A stretch of 64,000 nucleotides of DNA from Reclinomonas americana ATCC 50394 (lineage: Eukaryota), in the NCBI GenBank assembly GCA_048213135.1, contig PS015363.1:6600-70599 (forward strand), read 5' to 3'. A model generated the notes under the pieces. It saw only the letters and a list, made by a program, of their open reading frames with translations, did no database searches and was not told the DNA's origin. How positions within the stretch are numbered: the first letter of the stretch is position 1; every line of letters begins with the position of its first letter. Positions 51,267 through 61,762 of the stretch are shown here, piece by piece. Both the position numbers and the translations under genes were made by a program.

Positions 51267-53303
51267 ATGGGAACGTGTGCGTGCAAGGGCTCCGCGGTGA
51301 TGGAGCGGGGCATTCACACACAGCAGATTGTTGCGCCCGCACACCAGGAAAGATCGCCAGTTCTATCTCATGTTCTCACACGCGCACGCAGCTCACTGCC
51401 AGAGTGACAACAAACGGGCATGTGGCAGAGGTTGGCGACAACGACCTGGGCTCCGAGGCCTCACTGTCGCACATTGAGGTTTGCACGCCCATCATGACAC
51501 ACGCGAGACGAAATCGCTCATCCTTCTTTCGTCCAGGTCGAAGAGGTTCCCGAGGCCATGTGGATCTCACTCATGTCGTTCATGGACTTGAACGATGTTA
51601 CGCGACTGTGGCGTGTCTCTCGCGACTTTTGTCGATGGCTCGAACGGTGGGTGATTGTAGGGTCCTCGCGTCGCTCTTCTGTGCATCTCATCGCCACAGC
51701 ACAGGCATGCGACGATCGAGGTTGGACGGGAGCAGCTGGCCAAGGCCTCCTCCTTGCCCACTGAGGCCCTCATCGGTGGCATGTTTGCGTCGTTTGGTGG
51801 ACTTTGCGCGTTGCATTTGGACGGAGGTGGGACACATGCTGCTGCTGCTGCTGCACGTGCATGCATTTACTTGTGCATTTCGTCGGGGTGCAGTCGCGCT
51901 TGGGCCACGGGAGACACGGGAGATCGCCGAAGGCATCCGATCCAACTCTGGCTCGCTGCGCACGCTCACGCTGACTCGCAACAGCATTGGTGAGGACGAT
52001 TTGCGCTTGTTGGCCAAGCCGTTGCAGGAGAACCGATCCATCGTCACGCTGCGGTTCAACAGTTGCGCCCCGCCCAACCACCCGCATTGTCTGTCTGTTT
52101 GTCTGACTGACTGTGCACACAGCCAACACGGTGGGCGAACGAGGTGCCGATATGTTTGCGGCGGTGTTGCGCAGCAATGATGCGTTGCGGACGCTGACCA
52201 TTGGATGTGCGTCTCTCTCACCATACCGTCTCGCTCCAGTGACGTGCCTCTCCTCACCAAACCTTCTTGTCACCTGCGTAGTTGCTGGGATTGGTGACAC
52301 GGGCGCCGAGCAGCTGGCGGCCGCGCTGCATGTGAATCAGTCGCTCACGGTGTTGGAGCTGCACGGTGAGGAGACGCTGTCTCACTCTCTCTCGCTCTCT
52401 ATCCCTTGTCAGCAACGTGGAACTGAAGCGCAGGATTGCTGCAGGTAACAAGCTGGAAGACGCCGGTGCGACTGCGCTGGCTCGCATCGTGGCCACACAC
52501 GAGTCGCTGCGTGCACTGAAGCTGTCGGGTGAGTCGCCCGGTGATTTCATGCACGTGCATGCTCGACGATTGCCGACCACTGCATGCAGGCAATATGCTA
52601 GAGGAGGCCAGTGGGCAAGCACTTGCGGATGCTCTTTCCGCCAATCGTGTGCTGGAGAAACTCGATGTGGGAGGTGAGAGAAGGAGGGCAGCAAGGATGC
52701 AGAGTCGGGCACATTCCCACCGCCCCCCATGTGCGCACAGTCAATGACTTTGGCGATGTGGCGGTCGGTTTCTTTGCCGATGCACTACGGTGCGACAACA
52801 ACACGCTGCGCAGCCTGAGTCTGAACAAGAGCCGCATTGCCGAAAAGGGGGCGCGACAGCTGGCCGAGATGCTGCGGAGGAACAAGTCGCTGACGTTCCT
52901 CGATGTGTCGGGTGCGTGTCACGGTGGCGACGGTCTATGTGCACCGCTATGAATTGCTCACCGCCGTCTTTTCTGTGTACAGAGAACCAGTTCGGCCTGG
53001 AGGGTGTGCGCGACTTTGCGGCGGCCGTGGCAGAGAGCATCACACTCAAGGTGCTGGTGTTCAACGGTGCGGCGCAGTGCTATCCTCCGTTACCGTCAAC
53101 TTTGCAATCATTCGACTTATGCTGTATGCGTGCAGGAATGAAGTGTCGTGAGGAGGGGGCGGAGCTTGTCGGCGACATGCTGTGTATCAACGAATCGCTG
53201 GACAGTGTGGAACTGTGCCAGAACGAGTTTGGCGAGCGCGGCATGGTGCACATTGCGCGCGGTGTCACCGAGAACGACACACTCGTCTCCTTGTCGCTGT
53301 CAT
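51267..53303 (+). CDS. F-box plus RNI-like LRR protein, 5' part
   Basis: F-box-like VPEAMWISLMSFMDLNDVTRLWRVSRDF; LRRs LRTLTLTRNSIGEDD, LRSLSLNKSRIAEKGARQLAEML, VELCQNEFGERG. Probable MGTCAC start. Confidence 0.7.
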
Positions 53304-53589
53304 GTACGTCTCTGCCTTGCCACTCTCTCCTTCACCGCTTTCATCAATGTGANNNNNNNNNNNNNNNNNNNNNNNNNNNNNNNNNNNNNNNNNNNNNNNN
53401 NNNNNNNNNNNNNNNNNNNNNNNNNNNNNNNNNNNNNNNNNNNNNNNNNNNNNNNNNNNNNNNNNNNNNNNNNNNNNNNNNNNNNNNNNNNNNNNNNNNN
53501 NNNNNNNNNNNNNNNNNNNNNNNNNNNNNNNNNNNNNNNNNNNNNNNNNNNNNNNNNNNNNNNNNNNNNNNNNNNNNNNNNNNNNNNNN

Positions 53590-54007
53590 CAGGCACAGCT
53601 CGACGCGATGAACCAGGAGGACGCCGAGGCACAGGCGACGAGTGAGAGCAGCCGCCGGTACGTGTCGCCTCAATCCCGCACATTGATGAACGATTTCGTC
53701 TGACTCACTCGTTTGCTGCTGGCGCACAGCGCACGAACGGCTCTGTATCATGCCATCTTCAAGCTGCGGTGGACCAAGTACGACGGCAGCACCGTCAAAG
53801 GATGTGCGTTTTCCTATCATTTACGTCCGCATGCACTTGCGAGGTGACTAACATTCGAGGGTGACGTTAGACTTTGCCGACGATGCCGGCTCACCACAAT
53901 CGGCGCGCGCCGAGGGCTTTGAGTTCGAATCGCACAACGTGACGCCATTCGACGTGGCAGATCGACTGTGGACACTGTCGGAGAGAGTGACAACGGGTGC
54001 TGTGTGA
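53590..54007 (+). CDS. SPC24: Kinetochore Ndc80-complex subunit Spc24, C-terminal RWD half (inside the inverted segment)
   Basis: Spliced QAQLDAMNQED...RTALYHAIFKLRWTKYDGSTVKGY|...FEFESHNVTPFDVADRLWTL matches the Spc24 LY..I..I.W..D....VKG...F...D.LW pattern. Confidence 0.75.
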
Positions 54008-54165
54008 GACTCGCCCCGTGTGGATGTATAGCAACAGCGCAATGCGTGAAACCCATGACAATCGATGTTCCCTCCACAGCATATGCTTCTGCGTCTCTCC
54101 ACTACAACGAGCAAGACTTAGGTTTTTCTTTTGTTTTCACACATTATTCATCACCGTCACCATCA

Positions 54166-56541
54166 TCATCTTTCCTCACTCCCCTCCATGTCCTCATCCT
54201 GTCGTACGAATTGTGCCAAGGCCGACTTGAGTGCTTTGAGCTTCTTATGCAAATGGTTGCGCGCCTCCCGCATCCGGTTGTAGATCTGCGCGAGATGAGT
54301 TGTTTCCAAGTGAGCTAACACCATGATTGCAGCAACAACGGCAGCAGCAGCATGGGAAGGGAAAAAACACCTCAATGCGACTCCTGTACAGCTGCTCCAT
54401 CAGTTTCTGCGTGTTCTCCTTTTTCAGCTTGCTCTCCGCGCCTCTTGGCGTGTTCTCCACACTGCGCAGGCGATGAACGGGAAGCAGAAAGAGCACATAC
54501 AACGACAACAACTGCAGTACCTTCGATTCTTGTACTCGAGATACGCATGCTCCAGCATCTGGAACAAGTCGTTGTTCTCGCGCATCCGCGTGTCGAGCGC
54601 CTCATACACCTTGTACTCCCGATTGAACAGACCGGCCAAGTGGTCGTACTCGCTCGCGCTGGAAACATGAAAGTCTGCGTGGCGACGAGTCAGCAGGCGA
54701 GGTCAACACACAAAGAAAGACACCCGCGGGTCGCCACTCACCTGGCAACACCTCCGACGCCTGTGGCCACTCTTGCCGAGGTGGCAGGTCGCGCAAAAAG
54801 TACGCCTCATTCAGCTCTCGCTCGTCAAAATTCGGAGGATAGGTACTGGCCGACTGTGTGCCGCTGCCATCAGCCTTCTTGCCGTCGGCCTTGGCGGAGC
54901 CTCGTCGTTTCGGCGCCGCAGCGGCAGTCGTGGTGGTGGTGGTGGTGGTCGCGGTCGCTGCGGCCAAGGTCGACGGCGCCGCTGACGCCCGTGAAACTGC
55001 GCTAGCAGACTTCTGCGACAACGAGTGGAGGAATGAGTTGCAGAGTAAACAATTGTGAAGAAGACAGGAGGCGCACCTCCGACTTGGCCTTCTTGGTGAC
55101 CGGACCATCCAATTCACCAGCCGCCGCTCGCTTCGAGCCAGCCATCTTTTGCTTGCCTCGCGGTCTGCACACGTGGGTGAGTGTCTAAGACGGACGGTAC
55201 ACATTCCATCCTTGTGACACGCACTTTGGAGCCGCCTCGCTCTCTCCGTTTCCTGCCGCGGCCGCTAATGAAGCTGCTGTGGCTGCCGCCGCTGCTGCTG
55301 CCGCAGCACTGCATTCACGGGAAGAGTGTGAGAGGCGAGAGAGACAGAGAGAGAGAGAGAGAGAGGACATGGACGACGTGTATCGACGAGACGAACCCAC
55401 GCCGTGACTTGAGGCGATACTTGCCGGGAGTCTTCTTGTCCGAGGCCACTCTTTCCAACACCGCTTTCAGCATGTCCATCTTCACCGTCTTGTACCGCTC
55501 CTTGATCTGGTCAATGGTCATGCAGTCCTTTTGCAGCTCCGCCACAAGGTCCATCTCTAGTTCGCTCTCCGACGTGAACCGCCTGCTCTCCCCCTGCGAC
55601 GACGACGACCGTTCACCTCCATTCGCCGCCCCATTCGCCTTTGCCGGTGCAGCGGAAGCGGTTGCTGTCGTCGTCGTCGTTGTAGTTGTTGTCGTGGTGC
55701 TCGCAGCAGCCGCAGCCGCAGCAGCAGCCGCGGCCGCCGCTGCAGTGGCAGCTCTTGACTGGAAGCGCCCGGGGTTGGGACGCACCATGCCGCTCACAGG
55801 CGCGACCGAGGACGCTCTCGCAGCAGCCGACAATGACAGTCTGCGACCAGTGTCCACCGAGCTGCTGAGGGAAAGAGAGAGAGAGAGATGAGACGCAATT
55901 CAACAACATCAGAGAGAGAGAGAGAGAGAGAGAGAGCCAAGCGCAACGACTGCCCGCCCGCGTGTTCCCCGGAGGCAGACACCACAGGAACACGCAGCGC
56001 TTGATTCCGCATCTGCCACTGTTGTTGCAGAGGCGAGGTGAGTGAGGGACGGAGTGATGACGATGCATAGATGCATGCATGCAAAAGAGAAATGCAACTC
56101 TCTCGCGAATCGGACCCACTTCCACCACAGAGCGCATGGCCGGATGCACACACATGCAGTCTACAGTGTCCAGAGCGCCATCCACCAGTGCCAGCTCGTG
56201 CTTCTCCTCACCCGCAGCAATCGTCTGGTGAGCACGTGTGTGTGTGAGAGAGAGAGAGAGAGTGGAAGAGATGTCCACCTCGTGAACAAAAAACGCACAC
56301 GCATGCACAGACACAGACACGCAGAGAGCAGCATGACAGAGAGTGTGACAGGAGGAGAGAGAGAGGAGGGTGGTGGAGTGCTGTGGGGAGAGTGGCACGT
56401 AACAGCATGGCGCGCATCAAAAACCACGCTCAGCGGCGGCACAGAGGCCGCCGCACCTTGCAACAGCCGCTCGAGATCATCACTGAAGCGCACCGCCACC
56501 ACGTACTGCGGTTGATCACGACAAAAGATCGTCTGACGCAT
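54166..56541 (-). CDS. ELL-like RNA polymerase II elongation factor (winged helix plus Occludin/ELL domain)
   Basis: MLKAVLERVASDKKTPGKYRLK; C-terminal EYDHLAGLFNREYKVYEALD...LFQMLE...RNHLHKKLKALKSALAQF. Start position approximate. Confidence 0.6.
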
Positions 56542-56732
56542 GACTTGCCACACACACACACACAACACACTGCTGCCTCTGGCGTTCCGGACCCTCCGCC
56601 CACGCCTCCTCGTATCACCTCTCTCTCTCTCTCTTTCACACGCCCACGCACGCACTCCGGTCTTCTCTCTCTCGCGTGTATCACCGATTCTCCGTGCGTC
56701 CAATCGACAGACAACTCGACTCGACGATTAAG

Positions 56733-57849
56733 ATGCACTCAGCACTGCAAGCCTTCCACCCACAGCTCTTTGCTGGTCATCGCGTGCTCGTCACGGGCGG
56801 AAGCAGTGGCATTGGTCGCACAGTGGCAATCGCCTTTGCGCGTCTCGGCGCCGCTGTGGCAGGTACACTCTCTCTCTCTCCCTCAGTGCCTCTCTGCCTC
56901 TGTTCCTCACACCACCGAGCAGTGGTCGGTCGCGATCCGGAGCGATGTGAGCGCGTGCTGGGCGAGTTGCGGGAGCAGGCCGGAGCGATGCATCCGGAGC
57001 GACACACGGCGATCCTGGCCGATCTGGCCGAGGTCGAGCCGCACAAGGTCGCCGGCGAGGTGTGGCGACGGGCCGAATCGCACTTTGCGCTGGCCGAGCA
57101 GCTCAAGGAGGCGCGCATCAGTGTGCTCGTCAATGCGGCAGGTGTGTGCAGATTCTTTCTTTTTTCCTTTTGCTTGTCTTATGGTTGGTCGGCGACACAG
57201 GTCTCAATGTCGATCGATTGCTGGCGCGCACCTCGGAGGAGGACGTGTCGCGCCTGTTGAATACGAATGTGGCGGCGACCATGTTTCTGTGCAAGCATGC
57301 GGTGCGGTCGATGATTCGCGCTCGCCAAGGTGCTTGTCAGGCGAATCGTTGTTTTCTTCTGCGTCGTTCGCCTCACGCGTGTGCAGGGTCGATCATCAAC
57401 TTTGGCAGTGTTGTGGGCAAGCACGGCAACGCCGGACAGACGTTATATGGGGCGACAAAGGCGGCGATTGCTGGTGCTGTGTCGCTCTCTCTGTCTGTGC
57501 ACGCGGTTCGCGACAATGACTGACCTGCCATCGCAGGATTCACCAAGTCACTGGCCAAGGAGGTTGGTGGCAGTGGCGTGCGTGTTAACATGGTGGTCCC
57601 TGGCTTCATTGCCACACCCATGACTCGCGGTCTCATCGAAACGACGCCGGTAAACGAGCGCATTGCGCTCGGCAGAGTCGGGCAACCTGAGGTGCGTATC
57701 GTGTCACCTCCGGTGTCGAATTGCGAGCGAGCCCTGCTGACTGCCAGCTGCAGGAGGTGGCCAGTGCGGTGGTGTTTCTGGCCAGCCCAGCCAGCTCGTA
57801 CATCACGGGATCCGAGATCGTGATTGACGGAGGCCTCCTGACGCTGTGA
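56733..57849 (+). CDS. Classical SDR, 3-oxoacyl-ACP reductase FabG/CBR4-like
   Basis: [39 protein letters not shown] (YxxxK), [28 protein letters not shown]. Confidence 0.9.
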
Positions 57850-57855
57850 GCGCAT

Positions 57856-58235
57856 TCAGAGGACGCTCAGTTTGCTCAGTCGTCCAGCTGTCTCGGCGGC
57901 CGCCGCCATGAGCGACTCGCGACCCGGATTGCCGATGCGACACACTGGCGCAGACGAGTAAGCGAGATGACACGGACCGCCTCACAACCCGAGCACGAAA
58001 CGTGAGAGATCGAGTTGCGTAAGAGCGGCGTTCTTCGCCACCGCCGCCGCAATAAACGTAGCGCCGTCGTCTCTCAGCGGATTGCCTGTGGTTTGCATGT
58101 CAGCAGCACGCCGTGAATCAAACAATGCAGGCGTGCAGCAGGGTACGCGACAGCTGAGATCGAGCTGGAGAAGAGTGTCGTTCTCCTCCAAGGCGGCGGC
58201 CAGCAATCTCGCAGACTCGGCGTTGAATTCGTTGT
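57856..58235 (-). CDS. F-box/LRR protein, 3' exons (inside the inverted segment)
   Basis: NEFNAESARLLAAALEENDTLLQLDLS|NPLRDDGATFIAAAVAKNAALTQLDLS|LCRIGNPGRESL...SVL*. Joins the intron interrupted at 53352. Confidence 0.75.
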
Positions 58236-58470
58236 CTGCGGCGACAGCAGAAACGGNNNNNNNNNNNNNNNNNNNNNNNNNNNNNNNNNNNNNNNNNNNN
58301 NNNNNNNNNNNNNNNNNNNNNNNNNNNNNNNNNNNNNNNNNNNNNNNNNNNNNNNNNNNNNNNNNNNNNNNNNNNNNNNNNNNNNNNNNNNNNNNNNNNN
58401 NNNNNNNNNNNNNNNNNNNNNNNNNNNNNNNNNNNNNNNNNNNNNNNNNNNNNNNNNNNNNNNNNNNNNN

Positions 58471-58963
58471 CTCGCTGCCGAGTTCTGCCAGCAGCCTCTG
58501 CGCCTCTCTGTAAAAGCGAATGGATGAATGAGTGAGTTGAGCGTGCGTGGTACGAGGAACGCAACCGCGCATCACTCAACTGCTTCTTTTCGCGAATGGC
58601 CTCAATGGTGCTGTGCAGGGCACGGATCGACGAGGCGTTCTCGTCGGCGTAGGTCTGCCGCTGCAGTACCGTCGTCTTCTCCTCGACTTCGTGCTCACGC
58701 GCATCCACTCGTCTTCTCATCTCTGTGTGCGTGAGCGGGGGCACGCAGTGAGAGGGGGTGGAGGGGAGGGGAGGGAAATGAGGAAGAGGGGAGCACCCAC
58801 CGTCCACCACATTGTCGACATCGGCGGCCTGGCGGTCGAGGTGCCGGCGCACTTCATCACGCAAGTGCTGGATGTTCTGCGCGGTGCGCACATCTTCGGG
58901 GCCCTCATCGGCCAACAGATCGCGAAAGTCGTCAAGACCAGCAGCCAGATCCAGGTCGTCCAT
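58471..58963 (-). CDS. SPC24: Spc24 N-terminal coiled-coil half
   Basis: MDDLDLAAGLDDFRDLLADEGPEDVRTAQNIQHLRDEV...REAQRLLAELGSE joins in frame to QAQLD at 53590. Confidence 0.65.
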
Positions 58964-59639
58964 TCTCTCTTTTCTCAACAAGTCTGTAACGGTCAGAATT
59001 GCCGACCGACGGACACCGATTGTGGAAATAAAATCAGGAAGAACACAGCGACTGTCTGCATGCAGCGAGGTGAAGAGGAGGGTGATAGTGGGAAGAAGAA
59101 GGTGCACGCTCGATCACTGCCGTTGAAAACGCTGGTGACGAAAGATGGTCGGAAAAACAAAGATATCGAGCGCGGATGCACACCACTCCCCGAATTCGAA
59201 CACAAGGCCGCCACCGCCATCCCGTCAACGATGGCAAACATGAAGTATCTCACCAGCAGGCCAATCTCCGTTCTTTCCGGGGGTGCGATGTGCAGTTAAT
59301 GCATCGACAGCAACCACACAAACCATCGCGATATATCGATATCGATCGAACGACGCGAAGCTCTCTCCGACCACACCACTCTTGTCACACCCGTTGTGGC
59401 ATCCGACGCACCTTCCTGTGCATCCCTCCAAACAGCAAGTTGTGGTAACGCCTCTTGCCACACTCGCGGCCTGCCACTGCCACAATTGGCAAGTGCAGTT
59501 GAGCGCGCACACCATTCATGCTCCAGTATTTCTGTCGGGGGACACTTTTTATGTTCTTTGTATTATTCTGTGTCGCCGAGCGCTCGCCGTGTACCTGCTA
59601 TCTTCCCTCCTTTCTTCTCCTCCCGTCTGCATCTTGCGG

Positions 59640-61585
59640 ATGATGCAGCAGCAGCAGGCCGAGGCCTTTGGCACGGTGTCGCGATCGTCGGGCCCGCACC
59701 ATGCTAGCGCTGACGCTGGCATGCTGCTGCCTCCGCTGCTGCTGCCGCCCCCTTCGCTGCCACTTCCTGCAAGCACCGTACACATGGCGGTGCCGGTAGC
59801 CATCGAGGAGAGGCCGGCCGACAGTGCAAGCGGCCGCCGTTTCTCCCTCACCTTGCCCGATGTGGCCATGACGCTGGAAGACGCCTCCCGACTGCACGCC
59901 GAGGACAGTGACGACGACGAAGAGGACTACGAGCTCGACGAGGATAACGACGACGACGGTGACGAGGGGGGAGGCAGGCAACGTGACGGCCTTCGCAGCG
60001 GCGGCGGAGTCGCCACGGCTGCCACCACCGCAGCAACTCCGGCCGGCGCGGCTGCAAGAAGCCGCGCCACAGCTGCAGGAAAGCGCAAGATCGAAATGAT
60101 GTTTCTGGAGGCCAAGAACCGCCGCCATATTACATTCAGCAAACGCAAGGGCGGACTGATGAAGAAGGTGAGGAGAGCCGATTTACGCGACACAGCTGTC
60201 TGCAAATAGTAGTTGACACTCACCGCTGCGCATGCGCTGCGTACAGGCGTACGAGTTGAGTGTGCTGGCGGCTGCACAAGTGCTGGTGCTGGTCGCCTCC
60301 GACAAGTGCCACGTGTACACGTTTGCCACGAGCAAGTTGCAGCCAGTGGTCACACGTCCGGAGGGCAAAGGACTCGTGCAGATGTGCCTCAACATGCTTG
60401 ACTCGGACGAAGAAGACGACGAGGATGGAGTCGACAACGTCAAGGAGGAGGCTGGTGGGCGCCGCCGAGGGAAGCAGCCAGCCGGACGACAGCAGCGACG
60501 AAATACAAAAGACCGTGTTCGACAACAACTCCAGTTGCCACAGCTGCCACCGGCTCCACCACCACTTCTTCTTGATCTTCCTCCGCTGCCACTGCCGCCC
60601 CCACCACCGCCACCGCCAGTGCTGATGGCAGTACCAGCGGAGTCTCGCGGAGACCACCCACCGCTGCCTATCTCTGAATCAGGCAACATCAGTTGGGTTC
60701 TTGCTGCTGTATTTCCTTTTATTCGCACAAAGAAGTTTGCGCTCACCACCATATTTGGCAATCACACAGGTATCCAGACAAACACAGGAGTGAGCCCCTG
60801 GCGACGTGCACTGCCGTCGGCGTCATACAGCGCACCAGATCCGGGACCACATTATCTGTATGCAGAGGCGCCCCCGTCACCTGCTGCGCGCTCCGCATAC
60901 AGTTCTGGTACCATCCCGTATCACCAGTTGCTGCCTCCCCCGCCTCTGTCGTCGCTTCCTCTCCCACCACCACCACCACCACCACCACCACCACCGCCGC
61001 CACCACCAACTTCCTTGTACCCACCCAGCCGATCGTACGTACCCATTGCTCCCGAGCTGTCCCTGGTCGAGGCTTCATCGTTCGTCGGCCACGGTGGTTC
61101 ATCTCTCGGCCTGTCGCCACACACTCACAGCCGTCTGCGATCCGATGGCATCAGCCAGCCGGTGAGTGGACGCAACTCGGCGGAGAAAGTCGCGACCGGA
61201 AAAATCGATATCTCACGTGTGCCTACAATATATACAGCACGGACTGTCGAGCCCGACAGGCAGCTCCACGCCACGTCGCCTGTCGAATCCGTTTCTCACC
61301 GACTTGTTGGCCTCGCCTTCGTCGTCGTTCATGCAACGCACCTCTTCTGGCGCTTCGCTCACGCAGTATGCATGCCAGCTGCCGAGCCATCCGCCGGATT
61401 CACCGCGCATCCCGCTGCAACAGCTGATCAACAGGAAGCCGTCCATGCCGCCGACTCCGCCGAGCACCACCGCCTCAACGACGACGACGACCACCACCAC
61501 CACAACAGCAACTTCTCACGGAACTCCGCTACGTCGTGCTCCCTCCGCGCGGTCACTCAGCTTCTCCAACTCGGGCGGCTTATGA
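59640..61585 (+). CDS. SRF/Mcm1-type (type I) MADS-box transcription factor
   Basis: GKRKIEMMFLEAKNRRHITFSKRKGGLMKK|AYELSVLAAAQVLVLVASDKCHVYTFATSKLQPVVTRPEGKGLVQMCLN; Pro/Ser-rich tail spliced to TGA 61585. Confidence 0.9.
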
Positions 61586-61653
61586 ACTCAGCCACCGCAC
61601 GCACGCTCTCGACGACCATGTATCATCACACCGTTTGCATCATGTACTGCACA

Positions 61654-61686
<33 letters not shown>

Positions 61687-61762
61687 AAATACACAAAAGC
61701 ATTTTCCAATGTGCCCTCTTCCTTCTCACTCACTCTCACTCTCTGTCGCCTTCGCGTGCTGT

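Noticed and set aside
57982-58963. Apparent coiled-coil plus LRR fusion gene on the minus strand across the 58257-58470 gap
   Set aside because: Artefact of the inversion: the halves belong to Spc24 and to the F-box/LRR gene.
59326-59349. Nested palindromes ATCGCGATATATCGATATCGATCG (contains TATCGATA) between Spc24 and the MADS gene
   Set aside because: Single low-complexity instance; no function can be supported from the sequence.
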